Positions 37,461 through 46,857 of a stretch of DNA of 64,000 nucleotides are shown here, one piece after another. The stretch lies in assembly GCA_903880015.1 (NCBI GenBank), contig CAIRNS010000025.1, positions 36,621 to 100,620 on the forward strand, written 5' to 3'. Origin of the DNA: an uncultured Elusimicrobia bacterium. Its GTDB lineage: Bacteria > Elusimicrobiota > Endomicrobiia > Endomicrobiales > CAIRNS01. Under the pieces are notes generated by a model. That model made no database searches. It had not been told where the DNA came from and was given only the letters and a program-made list of their open reading frames with translations. The first letter of the stretch is position 1. Each line of letters opens with the position of its first letter. The position numbers were made by a program, and so were the translations under genes.

Positions 37461-38584
37461 TAGAAGTGTCCGTTGTTATTCCGTGTTTAAACGAAGAACA
37501 ATCGATTGCGTCATGTATTCGCAAAGCCAACGAGGCATTTGCTAAATACAAAGGAGCGGGGGAAGTTATTGTCGTCGATAACGGATCAACGGACCAATCC
37601 GTCGCTATTGCCCGGTCACTCGGCGCGCGGGTTATAGTTGAAGAACGAAAAGGGTATGGCAGTGCATTGCGCACCGGTATCGCTGCCGCTCAGGGAGCTT
37701 TCATCGCCATGGGCGACGGGGACGATACCTATGATTTCTCAACGGCCGATGAATTTTTCACCCGTCTCAAGCAAGGGTATGATCTCGTGATGGGGTCGCG
37801 GTTTAAAGGGACAATAGTACCCGGCGCGATGACATGGTCGCACCGGTATATCGGCAACCCTATCCTTTCCGGCATGCTGAAACTCTTTTTCGGCGGCGCT
37901 GTTTCTGACGCTCATTGCGGTCTGCGGGCGTTCAGGAAGACGGCGTATGACTTGATGGACCTTCATACCACCGGCATGGAGTTTGCTTCCGAGATGGTCA
38001 TTCATTCGCTTAAAAAAAAGTTGAAGATTTCCGAGATCCCGATTACCTATTATCCCCGTCAAGGAGAATCAAAACTGGCGTCATTCAGGGATGCGTGGCG
38101 GCATATGCGGTTTATGCTGATATACTCGCCGGGGTATTTATATGTGTTGCCCGGGCTGATACTATTTCTATTCAGCTTTCTGGTGACACTGCGATTATTG
38201 GCGGGCCCCATTGTTGCATTCGGAAGGGGATGGGAAATTCATGTGATGGTCTTTTCGTCAATGTTCACCATTCTCGGTTGGCAGATCATCAATCTGGGGA
38301 TTGCGGCAAAGGTATTTGCCTACAGTATTTCCTTGGAAGAGGACAATTGGATACAACATGTATTGAAGCTGGTCACGCTTGAACGAGCCATCGTGTGCGG
38401 CTTGGGGTTGGTTATTGCGGGCATGGGGATGATAGGATATATTTTTTATGTCTGGTCGCAAAATCATTTTGGAGCGCTTAAAGAAGTTAACACCGGACTA
38501 TTCGCGCTTACCTTGACCGTCTTGGGATTTCAGACAATCTTTACGGCATTTCTCACCAGTATGCTGCAGATAAAGTTCCGATAA
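37457..38584 (+). CDS. GT2 polyprenol-phosphate glycosyltransferase (DPM1/ArnC-like) with C-terminal TM helices
   Basis: VVIPCLNEE, VDNGSTD, GYGSA, MGDGDDTYD, VMGSRF, DAHCGLR and EFASEM; four hydrophobic segments at the C-terminus. Confidence 0.88.
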   Translation: MIEVSVVIPCLNEEQSIASCIRKANEAFAKYKGAGEVIVVDNGSTDQSVAIARSLGARVIVEERKGYGSALRTGIAAAQGAFIAMGDGDDTYDFSTADEFFTRLKQGYDLVMGSRFKGTIVPGAMTWSHRYIGNPILSGMLKLFFGGAVSDAHCGLRAFRKTAYDLMDLHTTGMEFASEMVIHSLKKKLKISEIPITYYPRQGESKLASFRDAWRHMRFMLIYSPGYLYVLPGLILFLFSFLVTLRLLAGPIVAFGRGWEIHVMVFSSMFTILGWQIINLGIAAKVFAYSISLEEDNWIQHVLKLVTLERAIVCGLGLVIAGMGMIGYIFYVWSQNHFGALKEVNTGLFALTLTVLGFQTIFTAFLTSMLQIKFR

Positions 38585-38593
38585 CGCTGCGAT

Positions 38594-39988
38594 ATGAAAA
38601 AAATACTGCTCATTAGTCCATCTGAAAACGGTTCCGCCCATAAGACCGAGGCGTATCCTTCAGGGGCGCTGCTGCTATTAGGTACAATGCTCGGCGCACG
38701 AGGGCATCGGGTGTCTATTGTCCATATGGCCGCTGAAGGCCGGACAATAGAATGGCTGGAACGGCGTGTGGCTATTTTTCAGCCCGATATTGTGGGCGTC
38801 ACCATGAACACCTTTCAGACCGTTTCGGCGCGCCACATCAGTGCGGCTGTAAAAAAAGTCAATAAAAATATACTGACCGTTACCGGCGGGCCGCACCCGT
38901 CGGCGCTTAAAGCCGAGATATTCGCTGATTTCCCTGATATCGATGTAGTCGTTGTCGGTGAAGGTGAGCATACATTCATAGATATTGTTGAGGGTGCTGA
39001 TGTGCACACGATTGCCGGCATCTGCTATGCTGGTGTTGAAAACGCTCCGCGGCCGTACGCCGAAAACCTTGATTATATTCCTCTGACGGATTTGAGCTTG
39101 ATCGATCTGCGGAGGTTCTCCGGGGCAGACCCCGTAGGTGCGTATCCGAGCATGTTTATCATGGCTTCTCGCGGATGCCCTTTTCAGTGTACCTTTTGCA
39201 ATAAATCTATCTGGGGTGACAAAGTCCGCCTGCGAAAGCCGGAACTGGTGGTCCGTGAGATCGAGTGGCTCCATACGCAATACGGCATCCGGGAAATATT
39301 CTTTCAGGATGACACCTTTAATCTAAAACGGCAGTGGACTGAGGATATATGCAGAAGGATTATCGAAAAAGGTTTAAACAAGAAAATTGTTTTTAAAACC
39401 CCGTTCCGGGCAAACAAAGAGCTGGTTGATGAGTCGCTCCTGCGGCTCATGAAAGCAGCCGGTTTCTGGCTGATATTCTACGGTGTCGAGAACGGTAATC
39501 AGCAGATGCTTGACGCTATGGGCAAGGGACTGAAAATAGAGGACATCAAACGGGCGTTCAAGCTGACTCATGCCGAGGGTATTAAAACAATCGGTTCGTT
39601 CATTGTCGGTATGCCCGGCGAAACAGAAGCAACCGTCAATGATTCCATCGCGCTTTTCAATGAGATCCGGCCGTATGTGACCGGCTGCGCTGCAGCTATG
39701 CCGTTTCCTAAAACGGCCTTTGAACGGGAAGTCGTCAAACGCGGGCATCGTTTAGTCAACGGCTACGACGGGTACGCCATGGGGAAAATACTGGTCCGTA
39801 CGGACGAACTTGATCCGGATCAATTGCGCACAGCGTTTGAGCGGTTCCGTAAAATCATCGTCAGGCGTTTTTTTATCGATCTGCTGAAACTCCGGTATGC
39901 GCGGATGATTTTTTTCACCCTCAGGTCGCCGTGGTATATGCGTCATGTGGTGCGCCGGATAACGGCGAACCTGGCAGGTAATCAATGA
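38594..39988 (+). CDS. Cobalamin-binding radical SAM protein (class B methyltransferase-like)
   Basis: B12-domain motifs PDIVGVT, GGPHPS and VVGEGE; SRGCPFQCTFC; F.DDTF; GVENG; FIVGMPGET. Confidence 0.92.
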   Translation: MKKILLISPSENGSAHKTEAYPSGALLLLGTMLGARGHRVSIVHMAAEGRTIEWLERRVAIFQPDIVGVTMNTFQTVSARHISAAVKKVNKNILTVTGGPHPSALKAEIFADFPDIDVVVVGEGEHTFIDIVEGADVHTIAGICYAGVENAPRPYAENLDYIPLTDLSLIDLRRFSGADPVGAYPSMFIMASRGCPFQCTFCNKSIWGDKVRLRKPELVVREIEWLHTQYGIREIFFQDDTFNLKRQWTEDICRRIIEKGLNKKIVFKTPFRANKELVDESLLRLMKAAGFWLIFYGVENGNQQMLDAMGKGLKIEDIKRAFKLTHAEGIKTIGSFIVGMPGETEATVNDSIALFNEIRPYVTGCAAAMPFPKTAFEREVVKRGHRLVNGYDGYAMGKILVRTDELDPDQLRTAFERFRKIIVRRFFIDLLKLRYARMIFFTLRSPWYMRHVVRRITANLAGNQ

Positions 39989-41409
39989 AGGTTTATTTAA
40001 TAAAACCCCTTCAATCGAATTTTGCCGTTGCATCGCCTTTTTCAACCATAACGACAGAGGCAGGGATATATCCGCCGTTGGGGTTGCTTCAGTTGGCGAC
40101 TGGTGAAAAAATTCGTGGCTGTCACGCTGTATCGGTTATCGATATGGTTGCCGAGGGATTGTCTCTTGCCGCGCTCCAGTCGATTCTTGAACGGGAACGG
40201 CCTGCTGTGGCGGGCGTCACTCTGCATACCGACAATTTGGGCGATGGATGCCAGGTTATTGCCCTTATTAAAAGCGTTTCCCCTGATATCGCTGTTCTTG
40301 CCGGCGGTCCGCATGTGGCGATGTATCCGAAGGAAACAATGGGGATATCCGGCGTAGATTATGCGGTCTGCGGCGAAGCGGACGGCGTGCTCGGCGAGAT
40401 GCTCGACAGATTAGCGGCTGGCAAGCCGTTGGAAGACATTCCCGGTGTGGTGACACGCGCGAATCTGCATCTGCCGATTGTAAAACTCGAAATTGAAGAT
40501 CTTGATGGATTGGCGATTCCTGACTACTCACTGCTTCCGTATAAGAAATATTCCTCGATATTGACACGCAATAATCCCATAGCGATTATAATGGCTTCCC
40601 GCGGGTGTCCGTTTAAGTGCGCATACTGTCCTGCCGGCGGAACAAAACTGCGCCGCCGCAGCCCCAAGCTGGTAGCCGATGAGGTGGAAAAGTGTCTCTC
40701 GCTAGGGATTAAGGATATTCTATTTTTCGATGAAATATTCGCCCTCGATCATGCCCGGGTAAAGGAATTGTGCGCGCTTTTTGTCGATCGCGGCTTGAAG
40801 TTTCGCTGGAACATCCGCACCCGTGTCGGTGATATTACCCCAGAGATAGTGAGTGTGCTCAAAAATGCCGGTTGCAATCTTATACAGTTCGGCATCGAAT
40901 CAGGCACGCAACGCATACAGAAACTGATGAATAAAAATCTCGACCTTGACGATGTCTACAAGCGAATCCAATGGGTCAGGCAAGCCGGAATCCTTACATA
41001 CGGCAATTTTATGCTGGGTTCGCCGACGGAAACTGACGAGGAGATTAACGCTACTGTTTCATTCGCAATAAGGCTTAAGCTCGATTTTGCCGTTTTCGGG
41101 ATTACGGTGCTGCTGCCAAAAACCGAGTATTACAGTCGGGCGCTCAGGGAAAATAAAATCCCTCGTGATTTCTGGGGCGATTATATTGCCAACCCTCTGG
41201 TCCAGATACCCAACGCCTATTGGCCTGATTTTGATAAAAAGTATCTTGAGAAAAAATGCAAAGAAGCATTCTCCCGGTTTTATCTGCGGCCATGGTATGT
41301 ATTTAATTATATGACACGCATAGCCCGCATGTCGAATATTGCCGCGCATATTAAACCGGCTATGAATGTTTTTAAGAACTTTTTTTCCGATGGAGCGATT
41401 ACAAAATGA
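39985..41409 (+). CDS. Cobalamin-binding radical SAM protein (class B methyltransferase-like)
   Basis: YPPLGL, GGPHV and VCGEAD; SRGCPFKCAYC; GIESG; FMLGSPTET; C-terminal FYLRP.Y. Confidence 0.92.
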   Translation: MKVYLIKPLQSNFAVASPFSTITTEAGIYPPLGLLQLATGEKIRGCHAVSVIDMVAEGLSLAALQSILERERPAVAGVTLHTDNLGDGCQVIALIKSVSPDIAVLAGGPHVAMYPKETMGISGVDYAVCGEADGVLGEMLDRLAAGKPLEDIPGVVTRANLHLPIVKLEIEDLDGLAIPDYSLLPYKKYSSILTRNNPIAIIMASRGCPFKCAYCPAGGTKLRRRSPKLVADEVEKCLSLGIKDILFFDEIFALDHARVKELCALFVDRGLKFRWNIRTRVGDITPEIVSVLKNAGCNLIQFGIESGTQRIQKLMNKNLDLDDVYKRIQWVRQAGILTYGNFMLGSPTETDEEINATVSFAIRLKLDFAVFGITVLLPKTEYYSRALRENKIPRDFWGDYIANPLVQIPNAYWPDFDKKYLEKKCKEAFSRFYLRPWYVFNYMTRIARMSNIAAHIKPAMNVFKNFFSDGAITK

Positions 41410-41467
41410 TGTACAGTGTTATGTCTCGATATTTCAAATTCCTCTCTTTGCCGCACGGTGAAAGCAT

Positions 41468-42631
41468 ATGATTTTAATGAAGGATGCGGGATACTGTATT
41501 TCCCGTTTTATTGACAGATATGTCGGAATATTATTGTGCTTTGCTTTTCGCGGGGTCAAAAAAAAGCATCGTCCCGTTCCCGGTACGCAATGGAAGCAGA
41601 TTCTGCTTATTAAGTTCTCATTGGTTGGCGACACGATCCTTCTAATCCCGGCTATCAGAGCGGTGCGTGCGGCGTATCCCGGAGCTAAGATAACTTTTGT
41701 CTGTTCAGAAATTAACGCTGAGATCATCAGATCATGCCCGTATGTCGATGCCGTTATTGTGTCTGATTTGCCGTCACTGTTCAATCCGTTCTATCTGTTT
41801 CGGTTCCTGCGCGGGATTAATCGCCGGCGCTATGATGTGGTTGTTGATTTTGAACAGTGGTTTCGCTTTTCCGCGCTCATAACCTTTTTTATTGATGCCG
41901 CAACCAAGGCGGGGTTCAAGACCGCGGGACAGTTCCGGCACTGGCTGTTCGACATATTTGTCGAACACGATGAAGCACACCATGAGATTGCGTGCTATGC
42001 CGATCTGCTGAGTGCGCTTGGTATTGCCTGTGCTGATACGGCGCTTGAATGGCGAACGCCGCCTGAAGCTTCCGCTTCCGCACAAAAAAAACTGCTGTCA
42101 GCCGGCATAGGAGCCGGTGAGAAGTACATGGTTATTCATCCCGGCAGCAGTCATTGGGTCCAGAAGCAATGGCCTGAACACCGTTACGCGATGTTGTGCA
42201 ACGCTCTGGTAGCTATGGACGATAAAAAAATTATACTGACCGGGTCAAGCGGAGAAAAAGCATTAGTGCGGGCAGTGCTGTCTGATGTTCACGATGGTTC
42301 ACGGGTAGTTTCTCTGGCGGGGGAACTCTCTTTGTTTGAGCTGGGGGCCGTACTTTCAAATGCTGATGTGCTGGTATGCGGTAACACCGGGGTTATGCAT
42401 CTGGCCTGCGCCGTCGGTACGCGCATTTTATTGATAAACGGCCCGGTGAGCGTTGAAAAATGGGGCCCGCAGGGGAGTGGACACCGCGTGGTACAAGCGT
42501 GGACGGAGTGCGCCCCGTGCGTATATCTCGGGTTTGAATACCGGTGCCGAAAAAGAACCTGTATGGAATCAATTGCGGTTGAGGATGTGATCGATGCCTA
42601 TGTTCTGCCTGATGTGCGGAGCCCCTTGTAA
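41468..42631 (+). CDS. Glycosyltransferase family 9 (heptosyltransferase-like)
   Basis: KFSLVGD, HPGS....KQWP and GNTGVMHLACAVG; Cys-rich C-terminus C.PC...C....CM. Confidence 0.9.
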   Translation: MILMKDAGYCISRFIDRYVGILLCFAFRGVKKKHRPVPGTQWKQILLIKFSLVGDTILLIPAIRAVRAAYPGAKITFVCSEINAEIIRSCPYVDAVIVSDLPSLFNPFYLFRFLRGINRRRYDVVVDFEQWFRFSALITFFIDAATKAGFKTAGQFRHWLFDIFVEHDEAHHEIACYADLLSALGIACADTALEWRTPPEASASAQKKLLSAGIGAGEKYMVIHPGSSHWVQKQWPEHRYAMLCNALVAMDDKKIILTGSSGEKALVRAVLSDVHDGSRVVSLAGELSLFELGAVLSNADVLVCGNTGVMHLACAVGTRILLINGPVSVEKWGPQGSGHRVVQAWTECAPCVYLGFEYRCRKRTCMESIAVEDVIDAYVLPDVRSPL

Positions 42632-43556
42632 CCAGCGGCCGATTTTTCACATAGCGGATCGCTTAAAAATGATTTCCTGTCACTACGACATTGTGCAATG
42701 TCCGGCGTGCGGTTCCGTGCAGGTGTCTCCTCTGCCGTCAGAAGATGAGATCGCGGGGTTGTATCCGGTGGGATACAATTTCAAGATCGAATCATCCGAT
42801 CGCGGTATATCGCGCGCTATAAAAATGTTTGAATGGCGCGTGTTTTACCGCTCGAGTTTTCAGAGAAATTACCGGATGCTCCGCCGTGCGGTTGGGCGGG
42901 ACGGGTTCAGCATTTTGGATGTTGGTTGCGGGTCAGGTCTGCGGCTGCAGGTATTTAAGGACGCCGGTTGCGAAGTCGAAGGCAACGAAACATCAGCCGC
43001 GTGCGTCGAGCATATCCACAGTATCGGCGGCATACCCGTACATCACGGCCGCATTGAAACGCTCAACATATCCCGTCAGTACGATGTCGTGACCATGTTT
43101 GCGCTTTTGGAACATCTTGCCGATCCTCTATCGGTAGTGAGCGCCGTAAAGAAATTGTTAAAACCCGGGGGTAAACTGGTCATTCAGGTCCCGGTGGTTG
43201 ATTCAATCCAATTTAAGTTGTTAGGCAGGCGCTCAGCGATGGTCAGCGATATGCCGCGCCATGTGTTTATTCCGTCCCTATCAGGGTTGCGTGCGTTCAT
43301 GGTGCGGGAAGGTTTTGCACAGCACTCATGCTGTCCCGTTTCACTATTTGAACGGGCGACTCTTTTCGCCCTGGGGATAATGCCGTTGTCGTCAACGCCG
43401 GTTACATACGGCCGGTCGCCGACTGTTCGGACACTATATCGTGTCCTCGGATGGGGGTTGACGGTGTTTCCGGGGTTGCTGGTGGCGCTGATGGAATCCT
43501 TTACCCGTGCCGGCGCGGAAACTGTCTTTGTGTTCGAAATTAAAAAGGAAGTTTAA
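42594..43556 (+). CDS. Class I SAM-dependent methyltransferase with N-terminal Zn-ribbon
   Basis: CLMC..CPAC; ILDVGCGSG; YDVVTMFALLEH..DP; LLKPGG.L; PRH. Overlaps GT9 by 38 nt; SD GAGGA. Confidence 0.9.
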   Translation: MPMFCLMCGAPCNQRPIFHIADRLKMISCHYDIVQCPACGSVQVSPLPSEDEIAGLYPVGYNFKIESSDRGISRAIKMFEWRVFYRSSFQRNYRMLRRAVGRDGFSILDVGCGSGLRLQVFKDAGCEVEGNETSAACVEHIHSIGGIPVHHGRIETLNISRQYDVVTMFALLEHLADPLSVVSAVKKLLKPGGKLVIQVPVVDSIQFKLLGRRSAMVSDMPRHVFIPSLSGLRAFMVREGFAQHSCCPVSLFERATLFALGIMPLSSTPVTYGRSPTVRTLYRVLGWGLTVFPGLLVALMESFTRAGAETVFVFEIKKEV

Positions 43557-43600
43557 TGTATCAATCGGGAACAAACCGTGAGTATCGTTAAGGGTGCATA

Positions 43601-45892
43601 ATGAAAAAATCAAAAAAGAATGCTCGTGCCGCAGACATGGTTCCCATGATTTTCCCTCGCGCGTCATGGTGGGTTATTGTTCCCGTGTTTATGGTCTGGA
43701 CGGTTATCGTTTTGCAAAATTATTTTAAACTGTATCCGCTCAACGGCTTTGGTCTTTTTTTGACTGGGTACGAGCAATATGATCCAATGGCGATCCTTCG
43801 GCGCGCAGGGGAGTCGATGCTTCATGTCGGAAAAGTACTGGCGTTGTGTGTTGCCGCAGTAGGTATCGGTGGCATGGTCATAGGGCGGTTTTTTAATGAT
43901 GATGAACCCCGTCGCGATCGTCTTTTTTTTGAGTATGCCGTGGGTTTGGGTATTTTCTCTTTGTCTTTTTTTCTGATGGGCATAGCGGGGTTTCTCAGCC
44001 CCGTGCTGTGGGGCACAGTAATCATCATTTGTTGTATCAACGGTATATATATCCTCAGTGCGCCGGGGCTGATTTCATTTACTTTCCGTTCATTTTCCGG
44101 ATGGGAAAAAACAAGTATCATCGTCATAGGGTGCATAGCTCTTTTCAATTTCATAGGTGCGTGCTGTCCGGAACTTTTTTACGACGCTCAATATTATCAG
44201 GTAGGCATTCCTCTCAAGTGGCTATTAGACCACCGGATTGCCACAACCGAATATACGGTTGCTTCATTCTTTCCGTTTAATATCAATTTGTTGTTCATGA
44301 TTGCGCATATGTTTGGCAACGACATAACCGCGAAAATGGTGTCCTTTGTCTGCGGCATATCCGTCTGCTGGGGAATATATCAGTTCGGAAAAAGATTTTT
44401 TACCCGCGAGGTCGGCGTGGTGGCGGCGCTTATTTTTTATTGCGTACCGCAGGTAATGATCGGTTCATGGAAGGCGGCTGTTGAGCTGGGTATCGCGGTG
44501 TTTGATTTTGGAACGGTATTCGCCCTGATGTATTATATCGTCAAAAAAGAGCGGGGGTGGCTGGTCCTTGCCGGCGTTTTGTGCGGGTTATCCATGGGCA
44601 GTAAATATACCGGTCTGGTATTTTGTTTTATACCGGCGGTCATGACGCTGGCGATTGCAGGGGTGTGGCGGCGTCAATCGATCTATGCGCTATGTCGTGA
44701 TATAGCACTTTTTTCTCTCATAGCAGTGGCCGTTTGTTCCCCCTGGTATATCAGAAATTATATTGCCAGCGGCAACCCGGTCTTTCCTTTTTTCTGGGGA
44801 AAGATCGGATTTTTGAAGTTGAAGATGACGCAATCCCTGTTTTCCGATCCCCCGCCGCCGCCGTTTAGTTTTTACAATTATTTCTGCTTCCTGTGGCCGT
44901 CGACCATGGGCACCCTGCAGCAGGAATCTTTCCTTGGTCCCGTGTTTCTGGTTTTTATTCCCTATATTCTTGTATTCAAAAGGATTGATTTTAAAATCAA
45001 GATCCTTGGCGTCTATATGCTTTTCTCAGTATTGTTCTGGGCCGTTCTGGGTAGGTTTTATATGCGCTATCTTATTCCTACTTTGCCGGTGATAAGCATT
45101 GTTTTTGCCTACTATATTGCCGGACATGCGTCAAAAGCGATAAAGAAAATATCCTTCTTGCTGCTTCTGGGCATCGCTCTGTTCAACGCAGTATCTGCAT
45201 CATGGTTGATGCAGAATATGTATGCACCGCTCTCATATTTTCTCGGCATGGAGTCGCGCAATGAGTATCTTTCCGTTCAAAGAGAAGGGTATCCCGACCC
45301 TTCCTATCCGGTGCTGGATTACGCGAATAAACATCTTGATAAAAATGCTGTCATACTATTTCTGGGTGAGACGCGGGGGCTTTTTTCCAATAAGCGTTTT
45401 ATCGTTTCCGGCGTTGCGGAGCGCTCACCGCTGGCGGACTGGCTTAAGGAATCCAGTGATGCAGACCATTTGTTCGCTCGACTCCGGGGCAACGGCGTGA
45501 CGCATATTCTGCTTAATGTGCGTGAGGCGATGCGCCTTAAAGGGTATGACTTATTTGATTGGGACGGCAGGGAGATGCGGATCCTTGATGAATTCTGGAA
45601 ACAGCATGTGCGTGAGATATATCATGACATAGCTGATGTCTCAGCGCCTCAGAAGGGAATTCGCTCGCTCAAAAACGATGATCCGCGGAGCTGGCAGCAG
45701 TATGCAGCCAATCCCTATAACTATGTGTTCCTGTATGAAATCGTGCCCTCAACTCCGGTTGCGGGGGGCATGGTGCCGTATAATTTCTTTGTTGATGAGG
45801 CATTGTACTCTTCTGACCGATGGGGAATAATGACCGCGGGGGCCGATGGCAAATGGCTGCTGAAAAATGAAAGGGAAACTCATAAACCATGA
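43601..45892 (+). CDS. Polytopic GT-C fold (ArnT/PMT-like) glycosyltransferase
   Basis: Many TM segments; FYDA..Y acidic loop, G.SMGSKYTG, PWYIRNY..SGNPVFP and RY..P; soluble C-terminal domain. Confidence 0.75.
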   Translation: MKKSKKNARAADMVPMIFPRASWWVIVPVFMVWTVIVLQNYFKLYPLNGFGLFLTGYEQYDPMAILRRAGESMLHVGKVLALCVAAVGIGGMVIGRFFNDDEPRRDRLFFEYAVGLGIFSLSFFLMGIAGFLSPVLWGTVIIICCINGIYILSAPGLISFTFRSFSGWEKTSIIVIGCIALFNFIGACCPELFYDAQYYQVGIPLKWLLDHRIATTEYTVASFFPFNINLLFMIAHMFGNDITAKMVSFVCGISVCWGIYQFGKRFFTREVGVVAALIFYCVPQVMIGSWKAAVELGIAVFDFGTVFALMYYIVKKERGWLVLAGVLCGLSMGSKYTGLVFCFIPAVMTLAIAGVWRRQSIYALCRDIALFSLIAVAVCSPWYIRNYIASGNPVFPFFWGKIGFLKLKMTQSLFSDPPPPPFSFYNYFCFLWPSTMGTLQQESFLGPVFLVFIPYILVFKRIDFKIKILGVYMLFSVLFWAVLGRFYMRYLIPTLPVISIVFAYYIAGHASKAIKKISFLLLLGIALFNAVSASWLMQNMYAPLSYFLGMESRNEYLSVQREGYPDPSYPVLDYANKHLDKNAVILFLGETRGLFSNKRFIVSGVAERSPLADWLKESSDADHLFARLRGNGVTHILLNVREAMRLKGYDLFDWDGREMRILDEFWKQHVREIYHDIADVSAPQKGIRSLKNDDPRSWQQYAANPYNYVFLYEIVPSTPVAGGMVPYNFFVDEALYSSDRWGIMTAGADGKWLLKNERETHKP

Positions 45893-46857
45893 AAAAAACA
45901 CTGCAGCTTTTGGTGGGTATTGCCGTCAGCGGATTATTTCTGTGGCTGGCGTTTAGAAAATCTGATATCGGGCAGATTGCCCTGATTTTAAAGTCCACCC
46001 GTATTGATTTGGCTGCTGCGGCGCTGGGTATCGGCATTTTAGGGCTTTTTATCCGGAGCTACCGCTGGAAACTGCTGGGCAGCAAATACCGGACCGTGCC
46101 GTACGGTAATTTTTTTCGCGCCACTACCATGGGGCTTATGCTTAACACCTTTCTTCCCTTCCGCACCGGGGATATTTTTCAGGGGTATTTCATTGCGCGG
46201 TCAAGCGGTCTTCCCCAGAGCTATACGCTGGCGACTGTTTTTATGGAACGCATGATGGATTTTGTCCCGCCTGCGCTGATGCTGGTGTTGGGTTCATTTT
46301 TTGTTGTATTGCCCCCGCAGATAAGCTTGTCGCGTCTTGCGCTGATATTTGCGGTAGTTGCAGGTGCAGGTATCACGCTAATCGTTTTAAGGAAACAATT
46401 TCTTGCCGTCATCTCCCGTTTTCTGCATGCCCGCCACAGCGAAAAGATAGGGCATTTACTCGACAATGTGGTTACCGCGCTCGGGTTTTTAAAAGACCGG
46501 CAGGTGCTGGCGGGCGCCGTTCCACTGACGCTGATAAATTGGTTTATATTAAGCGCCACGGGAACTTTTCTCATGCTTGCTTCATTAGGCATACCCATTT
46601 CATTTTTTCAGGCATTTCTTGTTCTGGGCATAACTGTCATGAGCGTCGCCATTCCCGCCTCGCCCGGTTTTGTGGGGACATGGGAATTTTTCTGTGTTCT
46701 GGCGCTGAGCATTTTCCATATTGACCGCGATAGGGCGCTGTCCTACGCCGTTCTTTCCCATGTCATGGCCTTTATCCCGATTATCGTCTTCGGTCTCTTT
46801 TTCACCGTCCAAGGATTTATTCGCAAACATTTTCCCAAAAAATCTCAACCAGTATGA
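45889..46857 (+). CDS. Lysylphosphatidylglycerol-synthase TM region (UPF0104) flippase-like protein
   Basis: RSYRW..L, N.FLPFRTGD, T..ERMMD and IPASPGFVGTWE. Confidence 0.85.
   Translation: MKKTLQLLVGIAVSGLFLWLAFRKSDIGQIALILKSTRIDLAAAALGIGILGLFIRSYRWKLLGSKYRTVPYGNFFRATTMGLMLNTFLPFRTGDIFQGYFIARSSGLPQSYTLATVFMERMMDFVPPALMLVLGSFFVVLPPQISLSRLALIFAVVAGAGITLIVLRKQFLAVISRFLHARHSEKIGHLLDNVVTALGFLKDRQVLAGAVPLTLINWFILSATGTFLMLASLGIPISFFQAFLVLGITVMSVAIPASPGFVGTWEFFCVLALSIFHIDRDRALSYAVLSHVMAFIPIIVFGLFFTVQGFIRKHFPKKSQPV

Noticed and set aside
38594-41409. Hopanoid (HpnJ/HpnP), BchE or RiPP-maturing radical SAM enzymes
   Set aside because: No squalene-hopene cyclase, photosynthesis genes or precursor peptide nearby; the neighbours are glycosyltransferases.
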